Positions 12,779-26,329 of a DNA stretch of 64,000 nt are shown in pieces; the first letter of the stretch is position 1; each line of letters opens with the position of its first letter. The position numbers and the translations under genes are program-made. The stretch covers positions 2,418,001-2,482,000 of the forward strand of contig OX597820.1 of assembly GCA_951406725.2 (NCBI GenBank), given 5' to 3'. The stretch comes from Octopus vulgaris (taxonomy: Eukaryota). The notes under the pieces were generated by a model. The model did no database searches. It was not told the origin of the DNA and saw only the letters and a program-made list of their open reading frames with translations.

Positions 12779-15246
12779 CTAGAAATCTGTTAAGGAATGG
12801 AATCAAATAAAAGAAGTGAAACATACCAAAGTGGTAAAACCAGATTCAGTGCTACCCAGGGCAGCCCTTGTCTCTGCCCCCCATAAAAGTGTCACCCAAA
12901 GCAGACACCCCACTACCACCACCACCACTCAACTACACAACTGATGTAACAGTGACAAGTTATTAAATGTGTGTCATCTGATGACCGTAGTTAAAATATT
13001 TTGGCTTCATCAGGAACTAAACAACAACAACAAAATTTGAATAAACTGCTGAAATTCATAAAATAATGAAATAAAAATCATTGACATGCCATTTGAACGT
13101 TAAAAGCACCATCCGAGCGTGATCGTTGCCAGGACCGTTGATTGGCTCCCGTGCCAGTGACGCGTAAAAAGCAGCATTCAAGCATGATCACTGCCAGCGT
13201 CGCCTTACTGGCACATGTCCTCAGTCAATCCGTCCAACCCATGACAGCATGGAAAGCGGACATTAAACGACAATGATGATGATGATGATGAATATTACGC
13301 AAGAAAAATAGATAAGTATATTCTTTCATAAAGAGAACTGAGGTTATAAGAAATATCACTGTAAACAATTTTACAATATGAAATGTCATTTTAAATGACC
13401 TCATCTTGTCTTTTAATGGTTGATGTTGAATAAAGATTTGTCAATTTAATGTTTTTATAAAACCTTTGAACATTTTTTTCTTTTTTATTATTTGGAAAAA
13501 TTCTGATATATGTCTTATCATTGTCCGTACAGAGAATTTGTCTGTGAATATTCTTAAATGGCAAAGTTTCTTGTTGTGACTTTTCCAGACACAGAGAATT
13601 GGTTTGTATTGGATTATCCTTATCATTGTCATTTAACACCCATGTTCCTTACTGACATGGATTGGATGGTTTGACAAGGATTCTGTGGTACAGTTCTATA
13701 TGCCCACGGGCATATGGTGTAGTGGTTAAGAGTGCAGGCTACTAACCCCAAGATTCCGAGTTCGATTCCAAGCAGTGACCTGAATCATCATTATCATCAT
13801 CGTTTAACGTCTGCTTTCCATGCTAGCATGGGTTGGACGATTTTGACTGAAGGCTGGAGAACCAGATGGCTGCACCAGGCTCCAATCTTGATCTGGCAGT
13901 GTTTCTACAGCTGGATGCCCTTCCTAACGCCAACCACTCCGAGAGTGTAGTGGGTGCTTTTTACATGCCACCAGCACGGGGGCCAGTCAGGTAGTACTGG
14001 CAATGACTTCACTCGAATCTTTTTACACATGCCACTGGCACAGGTGCCAGTAAGGCGACACTGGTAACAATCATACTCGAATGGTGCCTTTTACATGCCA
14101 CCTGCACGGAAGCCAGTTTGCCGCTCTGGCAACGATCATGCTCGGGTGGTGCTCTTAGCACCCTACTAGCACAGGTACAAGTGCTAGTAAGGCAATGCTG
14201 GTAACAATCACACTCGAACGGTGCCTTTTATGTGCCACTGGCACGGAAGCCAGTTATCCCCTCTGTCAACGATCACACACGTATGGTGCTCTTTGGACCC
14301 CACTAGCACAGATGCCAGTCATCGATTTTGATTTTGATTTCACTTGCCATAACAGGTCTTCGCAAGCAGAGTTTAGTGTCCAAAGAAGGAAAAGGTACGC
14401 ATAAGTGGGCTGGTTACGCCCCTGGCATAGGTTATGGTCTCATTTGGCTTGCCGGGTCTTCTTAAGCACAAATAATAATAATAATAACAAACATCAAAAA
14501 ATAGCTTAAGAATGAGAACCGAGGTTTGAAATTTCCCCAAGACCCCTGATGAAGGCTGGAGGGTATATCAGCCAAAACGTGTTAACAACAAACAAGATGA
14601 GGACAAATATCCGTCAAATGTAAATAATGTAAAGGATTCAGTGGGTTCAAGGATTTCAATGTGCTCCAGGGCCTGCTTTGGCATGGCTTCTATAGCTGGA
14701 TGCCCTTCAGTAAATAATTCATTTCTTAGAGAAACAAATTCAGAAATACAGTGAGCAAATGACAGAGAAGATCTTATCCCAATTATACTTTTCCTGGAGG
14801 CATCTATCTTCTCTTTAACTTGCTTCAGTCACTGGACTGTGGCCATACTGGAGCACTGCCCTGAAGGGTTTTAGTCAAACAAATTGACTAGGATACTAAT
14901 GTTATTTTTTGTAATAAATCAACACCGGTGATCAAGTGGCACAAAGACACAGCCAATTGTTTCCTCAAGCAAATTCCCTGGCAGGGGCATTGGTTGGGGC
15001 TGGAATAGAAGAGACTGACCTAAAACACTGCACAATGGGAAGCCAACTTCATAGTCAAACAACCACACTTTGATTCAGTTTATAGTCAATGAATCAAAAT
15101 AGAATCGCTAAAGAAAATGCTATGATGTCCGATAAGAGTCGAATGACACATCTGCTCCCTGTAAAAAACTATTGGCCATTATCATTCAATGTCGGCAAAA
15201 TGGAACAGGATGAAAAGAGAACCAAACCATTTCTTTGAAAGGATAC
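12779..15246 (-). other. U12-type (minor spliceosome) GT-AG intron 6 of PEX16
   Basis: 5' splice site GTATCCTTTC at 15246-15237. Branch site TTCCTTAAC at 12797-12789, 10 nt before the exon start. No long polypyrimidine tract. Confidence 0.93.
13689..14631 (+). mobile_element. tRNA-cassette plus hammerhead element, copy 2, split by a SINE insertion (about 13784-14470)
   Basis: Inverted tail TACAGTTCTATA at 13689-13700, tRNA-like 13709-13780, CTGATGAAGGCTG..CAGCCAAAACGT at 14546-14580. Confidence 0.75.
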
Positions 15247-15387
15247 TATGTACTAATGGTCGGGATATGTGTATAAACTCAGCCAGCATTTGTGGCTGCG
15301 TTAGCTTTGAAGGTTTATACAAAAACAATTTCTTTTCAATGTCTTCAGCTTCTGGAAGGACCCAGGTTCTACAGTTCTCGTTTGGTG
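15247..15387 (-). CDS. PEX16: PEX16 exon 6 (APNENCRTWVLPEAEDIEKKLFLYKPSKLTQPQMLAEFIHISRPLVH)
   Basis: TGTAG acceptor, AEF..I.RPL.H motif, followed by a GTATCCTTT donor. 141 nt. Confidence 0.93.
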
Positions 15388-16578
15388 CTACAAATTAAAA
15401 TAGAAATTTTAGAAACTTAATGTGAAATCATGACTGATTGATCCCCCTTCGTTGTTCTGCATCCCTTATGCAATGGATTCAATGAAGAGTGTTTTCACGT
15501 TATTTACTTACTTAGACTCAGGACTCATAAAGCCAGAATTTGACTCAGTCTCCAGGGTGTACGGGTGATTGAGATTATAATACTTTCCCTGAATGGGATG
15601 CTAGTCCATCACAGAGTTAACTTCCCACCTATTGCTGGAACTCATTCTCTACTGAGTGAGCTGGAACAGAGTGAAATGAACACAATGCACTACCTGGCCT
15701 GGGAATTGAAACCATGAAACAGAAATGAAAAAGCTGGTTCTTATGTCTGTTATAATCCCTAGATTAAGGCTGGATTATAACCCAGTTTCCATTGTGTATA
15801 AGTGACAGAGATTACAACACTCTCACCGGGAAAGGATGCCAGTCCATCACAGGCTTAACTCCCCAGCTATTGTTGGGAATTGTTTACAGCTAAGCAGACT
15901 GAGGAAACATGAAATGAAGTGTTTCAATCAAGAACACAATGCACTGCCCAGTCCAGGAATTGAAACCACAATCTTGCAACCATGAGTGCAACACCCTAAC
16001 CACTAACCCATGTGCCATCATGTAGTGATTAAAAATGAAAAAGAAGAAACTGGAATGGTTTCTTCCCCAATGTCCTTCCTCGATACCTTATGAAGGATTT
16101 GAGCTCAGCAGTGGGCAAGTTAATGACGAATGAATTATACAGAGTTCCAGCATCTACCCTTTCAGGAATGGTGTCTGGTGCCTCCATAAAATACCCATTC
16201 ACACACTCAGTTACTGAAAACTCAGTGGCTTTATCACAGGCCAAAGGCCAAATGCATCACAATACTTGACATTAATTGAAGTCATTTTGTAGAGTTTCAA
16301 ATAAGGTTTGAGTCAAGATCCCTTCATTCAATCCCATACATATAGAATTAAACGCACCATGTAATACTAACTCTTTAGCCATGATATATTCAGGCCAACT
16401 TCAAAGACAAGGTCAGCTTCAGTAAAAGAAGAATAAGAAACACTTGCACCATGGCCATTTCTGGCATTCCATCAGTTACGACGACAAAGGTTCCAGCTGG
16501 TTTAATCAACAGAACAGCCTGCTCTTGAAAAATTAACATGCGAGTGGCTGAGTACTCCACAGACATGCATACCATTAA

Positions 16579-16792
16579 CCCTTTCGTTACTGTATTTATT
16601 TTGAGATGCTCTTCAATTAATTTTAAATATAACAAAGAATTTAGTAAAATAACTTAGTTATCATTCATCTAGTGTTAGGAACATAAATGGTGACTAAGGT
16701 TTGGTGGAAGATTTTTTATTCAAAACTTATGAAAACAAGACATTTGTTCTACAGAGCCAGAGGCAGTTTCAGCCGGGTTGGTAACGAAAGGG
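16579..16792. mobile_element. piggyBac-type MITE
   Basis: TTAA TSDs and TIRs CCCTTTCGTTAC/GTAACGAAAGGG. Confidence 0.85.
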
Positions 16793-17281
16793 TTAAAGTT
16801 CTCAAGAAGAATCAGCTTGACAGAGTCTGTGACAAGATTGGCTCCTTTTGAATGATGGGTACACCTCATCTCTGCCAGCTGAGTGGAAGCTGGAACAACG
16901 TGGCAAGCAATTTCAGGACAGAAGATAAGACAATTACATTGACCCTCAACACTCAACTGGTACTTGTTTTATCTACCTCAAAGAGATGAAAGGCTAAGTT
17001 GACCTTGGCAGAATTTGAACTCAGAACATATAAAGACGGCCGAAATGCCACTAAGCATTTTGCTCGGCACACTAACGACCCTCCCAGCTCGTTGTCTTAA
17101 TCATTACACTAACATAAAATCTATTTGTAAAATTTGCATAACAGTGATGTTTACATCTTTTAAACAAACTTTAACAAAGCAAATAATTATTCAATTGTCA
17201 TTATATATCAAAAAGCAATTAAACATATCTTGTCACTTAATTGTTTTATTAAATGAAATTCCAGAACCAAACATTTCTTAC

Positions 17282-17375
17282 CTGCTTTTAGTGTCCTCAT
17301 TGCTTTACCTGAACGTTTCAGGACAAATGTGTCTTTACTTTTGGTTTTTTCTGTCATCAGATTTTCAACCACCAA
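17282..17375 (-). CDS. PEX16: PEX16 exon 5 (LVVENLMTEKTKSKDTFVLKRSGKAMRTLKA)
   Basis: TAG acceptor, GTAAG donor, KRSG...RTL motif, 94 nt, phases fit the neighbouring exons. Confidence 0.88.
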
Positions 17376-20300
17376 CTATCATCAAAAACAGAATAAAATA
17401 AATTCGTTATTTATCTTTCGTGTGCTGTATAATGAGACAAAAGTAAAATTCAGCTAATTGAAACTGAACTTGTAATGAGAAGGAAAGTTATTAGGAATTA
17501 ATAGCAATTTTTGTCAAGGAAGGCAAGAGAGAGAGCGAGAGAGAGAGAGAAATCAGAAATTTTTTATTGATTGAAAATTAAATGGAAATATAGAAACAGG
17601 TGTGGCTGTGTAAGAAGTTTGCTTCAAAACATCGTTTTAGGTTCAGTTCTACTGCCCCGCACCTTGGGCAGGTGTCTTCTACCTTGGCCCAAGGCCAACC
17701 AAAACCTTGTGAGTGAATTTGGTAGACAGAAAGTTGAAGAAGCTCAAACTGTGTGTGTGTGAGTGAGTGAGAGAGACACAGAGATAGTGTGTGTGTGTGT
17801 GTGTGTGTTAGTGTTTCCTTGTGACATCATGTGATATTTGTAAACGAGTGTCATGTCATGCAAGCAATGACCTTCCTTTTCAATCTTCCATGAAAACATG
17901 TCTGGCCACAGAGAACTGTTACTTTACATGGAAACAGGTGAGAATTGGCAACGTGAAGGGCATCTGACCAGAGAAAATCTGCCTCAACAAAAATTCTGTC
18001 CAATCCATGCAAGCATGGGAAAGTCAACATCAAAATGATGGGGATACAAGATCACAAGCCAGAGCTTTAGTTAAGTGATGGGGGAAATTCAAGGCATGTT
18101 TCAGTCTTATTAGAACTTCTCAACAAACCATAATTTCATGATTACTTTTCAGATTATAGAACAACAGAACTGATGTAGTTTTTTTTTATTTGATATTCAT
18201 ATTTACCAGGCTGTGCCAGGAAATGTGGACATTAAATGACGATGATAAATGCAATATTTAATAAATCAAGGGCAGCAAACTGGCAGAACTGTTAGCAGAC
18301 CAGGCGAAGTGCTTAGCAGTATTTCGTCTGCCATTATGCTCTGAGTTCAGATTCCACCATGGTCAACTTTGCTTTCCATCCTTTCAGGGTCGATTAAACA
18401 AATACCATTACACACTGGGGGTTGATGTAATCGACTTAATCCCTTTGTCTGTCCTTGCTTGTCCCCTTTATGTTTAGCCCCCTGTGGACAATAGAAGGAT
18501 AAATATTTAATAAATCTTGTCAGAAAATACTCACACCTGATTTATTGTAAATCAGAAACCGTCAAATACTTGGCTTCTACTTGAAAGCATCTGTGAAGTT
18601 CATCAAAGACCACAATTTGAAACGTGATACAATGAACTGGTCTGACTGATGTCTACAAAAATTAGTCAATGAGAATCACTACATTTTGTTTTTGAATGGA
18701 GTAAATGAATGTGAATAAAACAGCAAGATTAAACCTTTGATTTTGTGATTTATAAGTTCCACATAATTAATTCTATTGGATCAACATTGTAAGCTCAGTT
18801 CATTCAACCCGTTGCCTGTCACGAGCCCCATTTGGGGATCTGCTAAAAAACAGTCTCACTGCCGGTCGTTTGTTGTATTTAAAGTGAATTGCTTATGGAC
18901 ATTGTATTTGCAGAGGTGGGCTTAACAATATTTAGTCGTTAAAGTTTGTCCTTATTTGCTCTGGTTAATTCTAGAGGACATTTTATGTCATAAATCGCAA
19001 TTTTTGAACTACAAAAGTATCGACTGTTCTGAAAATGTATTTTGTTTTGTTTTTGCATTTCCCATTTATATCATTCGTTGATATTTCATTCACCTTCGCA
19101 TTTGATATTACAGTTTCAAAAAAAAAACAACTAAAATGTTTATTATTGCAATTGAATAGAAAAGAATAAATGTGCTTGTTTTTCAGTGATCCCCATTTGG
19201 GACTTTTCGAAAAATTTATCATAATTTCCAAAATAATTCACATATGAAGAAAATTTAAATATTATATATTATTCTAACTCCTAAGAAACCTGGTGAAACC
19301 AAAAGATACGAATGAAAAAATCTTGGCAGTTGACGGTTTAATCAGAACACAAGAAAAATTACGATCAAGGGAAATAACTCCTTTATACTATATTTTATCC
19401 TTTTTTTCTTTTGCCATGAAGTTTCCTGGAAAAAGTTAATAACCAATACCAACATCATGGAATGCCATCTATAATTGATAAGCAGTCAGAATTGGTACAC
19501 AGAAGTTATGTGGTTTTCGTGTTTAGGATGCTGTACTCACGATTGTAAAAACATGGTTTCAATTCCCAGCCTGGACAATGAATTGTGCTTTTGACCAAAA
19601 CGGTTCATTTCCTGTTGCTCCAGTCCCCTCAGCTGCAAATGAGTTCCTGAGGAGTTAACCCTGTGAGGGACTAGCGTTCTGTTCAGGGAGAATGTTATCA
19701 CTTATACACCAGCGTCGCCTTACCAGCACATGTGCCGGTGGCATATGAAAAACAACATTTGTGTGTAACGAGTCCATAATTTAGACGCTGGCATGCCTTT
19801 CTGGTGAGGAAGTTCACTTTGCAACCACATTGTTCTAGTGTTCTAGATATTTGGCACATATCTTAACCACTATAGCCAGGCTGTAATGAAAACACTTATC
19901 TAAAGTATTACAATGGGATGAACACTAGAACAATGTGGTTGCAAAGTGAACTTCCTAACCAGAAAGGCATGCCAGCGTCTAAATATTATTCTAAGGCAAT
20001 GGGATATCAGAATGGGTGTATGAAAAAATAAAGCTTGTATATTACTGAGTGATATCAAAGGTACTGAGGCAGATGGCGATAAGGGTGGCAGGTGGATTGA
20101 CAAGAGTGGGAACCATGAATTGGTAAAGGTGGAAGTGGGGGATTGGATAAACTGGCATGTTTGGTGTTATAGTGGACAAAATTAGGTCTCTCTCTTTCAA
20201 CAATCTAAAGTTTAAATCCTGTCAAAGTCAACTTTGTCAGTCATCCTTCCAAGGTGGATAAAATACAGTAGCAGTGAAGTACTTTTATTTCGAACGATCA

Positions 20301-20789
20301 GAAAGTTTCTTGGCAAAAAAATCTTCCATTATTCATAAGAACTGAAGTGTCAGTAGACATGTTTCAATCAGACCAGATCATTCCATCACATTTCAAATCT
20401 TGGTCTTTAATGAACTTCACAAATACTTTCCAAGTAGAAGCCAGGTATTTGAGGGTCTCTGATTTACCAGGTGTGAGCATTTTCTGATAAGATTTATTAA
20501 ATATTGCATTTATCATTAGGATTTAATGTCCACTTCTTCCATCTTTTCATGGGTTCAACAGAATTTGCTAAGGCTCACTTCCAACAACTGGATGCTCTTC
20601 CTGTCCTTAATCCTCACCTGTTTCCAAATAAGGTAATATTTCCCCATGGCCAGACATGTTTTTAACAGAAAACTGAAAACAAACAATCTCTCTTGTAGAA
20701 TGATGAGACACATTTTTAACCATTAAGGGATGTCTAGACAAAGCTACACATAAACATTCATATATGAATATATGAGTGTATGAGTGTGC

Positions 20790-20846
<57 letters not shown>

Positions 20847-20913
20847 ACCGCATGTGTAATGTTGGCGATTTTCTTTCTCCGTCTTCCCTTCCTTGGACCT
20901 TTCCTTTTTCGCT

Positions 20914-20948
20914 GTTTCTGACGAAGAGCTCCGCTCAAAACGTTAAAC
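20914..20948 (+). ncRNA. Minimal hammerhead motif (G12A-decayed)
   Basis: GTTT-CTGACGA-A-GAGC-TCC-GCTC-AAAACGTT-AAAC, with perfect stems I and II. Confidence 0.6.
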
Positions 20949-21380
20949 CCTCCTTCTTTCTTTCCTTTGCTGAGTGTCCAATAACACTATACTTGTTCCA
21001 CGTCCTCACGTTGTTGTGTTTTTTCTTCGTTCATGTTTGGATTAACTATATAAATATATATATTTATATAAAGGGCTTCTTTCTGTTTCCATCTACCAAA
21101 TTCACTCACAACACTTTGGTTAACCCAAGGTAATAGGAGACATTTGCCTAAGGTGTTATAGAATAGGACTGAACTCACGACTACATGGTTGGGAAACAAC
21201 CTTCCTAACCACACAGCCATGCCTGCACCTACAAAACCGAACTAAAGGTCAATATCATATTCTGATTAAGAAATGATGATGATGATGATGATGACTGTGA
21301 TGCAGTTAACAGTCGTATAATAAAGACATGTCTTTTGCTACGACATATCTTAATGTAGACTTTTAACAGAGAAGACTTAC

Positions 21381-21492
21381 ATCAAGTTTCTTGGAAGACA
21401 TCATCAGAATGTCCCGATCAATTGGACTTATGGGAGGGGTTGCTTGTATTCCAGCCTGGTACCAGATTAACAAGAGGCATCGTAGTACAGCT
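21381..21492 (-). CDS. PEX16: PEX16 exon 4 ([37 protein letters not shown])
   Basis: TAG acceptor, GTAAGT donor, AVLR.LLL.W..AG.Q..PPI.P.DR motif, 112 nt. Confidence 0.93.
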
Positions 21493-21888
21493 CTAGGATC
21501 AAGAACAAAAGAACAAAAGAAAAACAAATTAGAATATTTAATGTAAATTAATAAGATTTACCAAATACAAAACTAATTCTTTTCTTTGAAAATAAAATAA
21601 TAAATTCAATATCATTCGTGATATTAAATACAATTTAAAAATAAAAAAATATATAATGATGATGATGATTAATGGTTTCAAATTTTGGCACAAGGACAGC
21701 AATTTTGGAGAAGGGGAGAAGTTCATTACATTGACCCCATGTTCAAATGGTACTTATTTCATCGAACCCCTAAAGATGAAAGGCAAAGTTGACTTCGGCA
21801 GAATTTGAACTCAGAACCTAAAGGCAGACAAAATGCATTTTCCCTGGCATGCTAACGATTCTGCCAGCTCACTGCCCTAATAATAATA

Positions 21889-22255
21889 GCAAGAACACTC
21901 AGAGAGCACAAATCTCCGCCAAGGCAACACCAACATCCTCTCAAAATTTAGCCAAAGATGATTTTTAAAATGAGAATCTCTGAAATAATCTCGACTGCTC
22001 TCACAAACTAAAAATGAACCCAACCACTCTCGAAAACTAAGTAAAAAAAAAAACAGAAAAAATAATCCAGAATCCTTGTACGGTACCGGATCAATCCCAA
22101 AATGTAATCAGTTTGTGCTAGTCACATGGCCAAACATCCCTGAAAATTTTCATCTGAATCCATCCAGCAGTTCTTGAAAGATCTTGTCTCCACAGACAAA
22201 CAAACAAACATGACTGAAAACAATACCTCTGCCTTCGTTAAGGCAAAGGTAATAA
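21889..22255 (-). mobile_element. Helentron-associated (DINE-1/HINE-like) non-autonomous element
   Basis: Minus strand TTATTACCTTTGCC..GGCAGAGGT inverted repeat, (GTTT)n microsatellite, 3' GGCGGAGA sub-TIR and GCTCTCTGAGTG stem-loop. Confidence 0.65.
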
Positions 22256-22842
22256 TAATAATAAGAAGAAGAAGAATCCTTTCTATTAAAGGCACAAGGC
22301 CTGAAATTTTGTGGGAGGGGATTAGTCAATTACATCAACCCCAGTGTGTAACTGGTACTTTATTTATCGACTCCAAAAGGATGAAACGCAAAGTCAACCT
22401 CAGTAGAATAATAATAATAATAATAATAATCCTTTCTACTATAGGCACAAAGCCTGATATTTTTGGGGGGAGGATACTAGTCAATAACATTGACCCCAGT
22501 CCTCAACTGGTATTTATTTCACCGACCCCACCCCAAAAAGATTAAAGGCAAGGTTTTATTCTTTAAATGAAGGGAAGAGGGTACAAATGCTTGTACACAG
22601 AGTATGATATTGTAAAGTAGTGACACACACGTATTGAATGTGGAGGATGTGTGGCAAGCATGCCTCACTGGATGAGTACTGAATGATGGAGAAGAAAAGT
22701 GGTAATAAGAGGAATCAGATGGAGTCTGCAAGGGAAAAGACGGAGCTGGAATGGGTATAGGATGCTTATGAAGAACGGGGGTTGGATACAGAAGTGCCGA
22801 ATACTGCAAGTGGAAAATTAATTAAAACAAGGTAGGGCAATT

Positions 22843-23120
22843 CAGTTCTATATTTGAGAGATGAGGAATTAGGGACATTATTTACATTTGATGGATATTT
22901 GTCCTCATCTGGTTTGCTAGGACACAACAACCTCCTAAGCAGACCGAGTGTAGATATGAGCAGCATATGGAAACCGGTATTAAGGAAGGATAGGAGAATA
23001 TTAGATTTATAAGCCCTAAAATTCACTCCATAATTACCCACGGGCATATGGGGTAGTGGTTAAGAGTGCGAGCTACTAACCCCAAGATCCCGAGTTTGAT
23101 CAATAATCATAATAATAACA
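22843..23120 (+). mobile_element. tRNA-cassette element, copy 3 (3'-truncated, inverted tail 22843-22929)
   Basis: Same inverted tail, longest 5' extension of the four copies, tRNA-like 23043-23101. Confidence 0.7.
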
Positions 23121-24271
23121 GTATGGACAACGGACGTAAAATGATGATAATGATGATGATGATTAACTTTTTAGCATTTAAGAGAGCCATATCTGGCCCA
23201 AATATTCTACCTGTTTTATGCTCAAACTGGCCAGATCTGGCATCTCACACTAACCTTACAATGCCATTCTAAAAATATACAAATCACATCACTGAAATCT
23301 CAAAGCTATGAGATAATGCATGATTAACTGAAAACAATGTATAAATAAGCATTATATTTGGAAGAGTATTCTGAAGGCTAAAGGGTCAAACATTTTAAAA
23401 GATCGTTAACAATAATGAAGTGCTCACATAGAAAATACCCGGTTATATTTATTCAGCCCAAGTTGCACAAACACTCCCTTGTTACTTTCACCTTTACAAA
23501 TAGATGACATAAAAATTATTTTAAAAATTAATTCTTATTTCTTTATTGCCCACAAGGGGCTAAACAAGGACAGACAAAGGGATTAAGTTGATTACATCGA
23601 CCCCCAGTGCGTAACTGGTACTTATTTAATCGACCCCGAAAGGATGAAAGGCAAAGTTGACCTCAGCGGAATTTGAACTCAGAATGTAACGACAGACGAA
23701 ATACCTATTTCTTTATTACCCACAAGGGGCTAAACACAGAGGGGACAAACAAGGACAGACATAGGTATTAAGTCGATTACATCGACCCCAGTGCGTAACT
23801 GGTACTTATTTGATCGACCCCGAAAGGATGAAAGGCAAAGTCAACCTCAGCGGAATTTGAACTCAGAACGTAACGACAGACGAAATACCGCTAAGCATTT
23901 CGCCTGTCGTGCTAACGTTTCTGCAAGCTCACCACCTTAAATCAATCAATTTTTAAATTGATTCTGTTACCTTTATAATTATCCCCTGGATTAACATACT
24001 TGTTATTTCCCCTTGGCAGTATATATACATTAGTGATAAGACATGGCACAAGTCTCTAAGATAACCCTGACCTGTCCGAGTTCTATTTTGGAGATCAACA
24101 AAGTTAAGAGCAATTTATTTTGAGAGAATTATCTTTTATCCTCATCACGTGAGAATCCATTTAAATTAATTATTTTTTAGAAAGGTAAAACAAGAAATAA
24201 ACAAACATGTTTATAATTAACAACTTTTTCTTTTCACATTGTAGTAAGAAAATAAATGTTATTCAACTAAC

Positions 24272-24405
24272 TTTGCTAACTGAATAACTGTAATAACAAT
24301 CCATCGGCCGACCTCACCCCAGAGTTTCTTCACTGCAAGTTCAACAAACACTTCTGTGTATTCCAGGACAGTCAATAATCGCATGATGCGGTCTTGTGAC
24401 AAAGG
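24272..24405 (-). CDS. PEX16: PEX16 exon 3 (PLSQDRIMRLLTVLEYTEVFVELAVKKLWGEVGRWIVITVIQLAK)
   Basis: TTTCAG acceptor, GTTAGT donor, WGEVGRW..IQLAK motif, 134 nt. Confidence 0.95.
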
Positions 24406-26216
24406 CTGAAATATTACCAAAAAGATAAAGGTTTGTAAGGTTTAAACAATTACAAGTTTTCACATCATCTTCATTATAATTTAGGATAAAATCGAAATCA
24501 AATTCGATGACTGGCATCTGTGCTAGCGGGGTACAAAGAGCACTATACGAGTGTGATCATTGACAGAGTGGCTAACTAGCTTCCATACCAGTGGCACTTA
24601 AAAGGCACCATTCGTGTGTGATCGTTACCAGCATCGCCTTACTGGCACTTGAGCCCCGTGCTAGTAGGGTGCTAAGAGCACCATTCGAGCGTGATCATTA
24701 CCAGCATCACCTTACTGGCACCTGTGCTGGCAGCATGTGTAAAAAGATTCGAGCGAGGTCGTTGCCAGTACCGCCTGACTGGCCCCCGTGCTGGTGGCAT
24801 GTAAAAAGCACCCGCTACACTCTCGGAGTGGTTGGCATTGGGAAGGGCATCCAGCTGTAGAAACTCTGCCAGATCAAGATTGGAGTCTGGTGCAGCCATC
24901 TGGTTCGCCAGCCCCCAGTCAAACTGTCCAACCCATGCTAGCATGGGAAGCGGATGTTAAACGATGGTGATGATGATAAAACAAATTCCTGCAGAACCAT
25001 TTTAGACAGCATCCTGAAAAGGGTTCACTGACTGATCGCATCCAGGAAAGGGTCACCCAGCTGACAGGCATGAAATCACTCATAGCAGTAGCAGAGCTGA
25101 TGGGGAAGGTGAGTGGATGAGGTCTGTCACAAGCAGCACTTTTAGATCAGCTGTATAAGCCTGTATAGGGGGGGAGCAAACTCAAGGGCTGTACTCACCA
25201 CCCCAACTACACCACTGACTCACAGATACACTCCAGCCTCTGGCTCTCAGGAGCAGTTGCCTCTCTCTTCTTTCTCTACTGTTACTATAAATCACATTCA
25301 GGAGGGAGATAGGTTTTGAAGATCCCATACAAAGTAGGCATTAAAGCTAAAAATATATAAAATAAAATAAAGGAGGCAATGTGGCAGATGTTGGTGTCGC
25401 ATACCTGGCACTTGTGCTGGTGACATGTAAAAGGCAGCCATCGTGCGCTGAGCCTCACAGAGGCAATGTGGCCAGTGCCAGTGTAGCACAACTCGCACCT
25501 GTGCCAGTGGCCCATAAAAAGCAACTTTCAAGCGTTGGGCCTCACAGAGGTCTCTAACACCTGTGCCAGCAGCACATAAAAAGCACCTATTGAGTGTTGG
25601 GCCTCATGGAGGCACTGTGGTTGAAGTCAGTGTTGTGTAACTGGCACCTGTGCTGGTGGCACATAAAATGCACTTTTTCAGTGTTGATCCTCATGGAGGC
25701 ACTGACAAATGACCAAGACCTTTGGCAATATGTTGTGCTTGAGAAGGAAGGCCCATCAAGCCAAGTGAAACCACAGTCATGGTGGACACTGGTGTCAGGC
25801 AACTGGCACCCATGCTGGTGGCACATAAAAGCACTCATTACAGTGGTTGGTGTTAGGAAGGGCATCTAGCCGTAGAAACTATGCCAAATCAAACTGGAGT
25901 CTGGTGCAGCTCGGCAACTTACCAGCCCTGGTCAAGCCATCCAACCCACGCCAGCATGGACAATCGATGTTAAAAGATGATGATGAAGGGCAACCTCACA
26001 AATACTGATGACAGAAGAAAAGGACCCGACCCAGTACACACTATAAAGTGGGTGGTGTTGGGAAGGGCATCCGGCTACAGAGACCACATTAAATCTGATA
26101 TGGAGCACAATGCAGTCCTACAGCTTATTGGATCCTGTCAAACTGTGTGACCTTTACAGAAAATGGACGTTAGATGATGACGATGACACTAGCAAAGAAT
26201 GTGACAAAATACTAAC

Positions 26217-26329
26217 CACTTTGGGAACAATTTTAACCGCATGTTGCAATATTATATCATTCAACATAACCATAAGTCTGGAGGCCGAATATACCAGCTC
26301 TGACAGAACTTGGCTGTCATTGTAGCGAC
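26217..26329 (-). CDS. PEX16: PEX16 exon 2 (RYNDSQVLSELVYSASRLMVMLNDIILQHAVKIVPKV)
   Basis: AG and GTTAGT boundaries, conserved SELVYSAS..LND motif, 113 nt, frame-compatible with exons 1 and 3. Confidence 0.93.

Noticed and set aside
18535-18652. Possible extra PEX16 exon (TTTTGTAG ... GTGAGT on minus)
   Set aside because: There is an in-frame TAA in the required phase and no PEX16 similarity, and it is an arm of the inverted duplication. Exons 4 and 5 join in frame without it.
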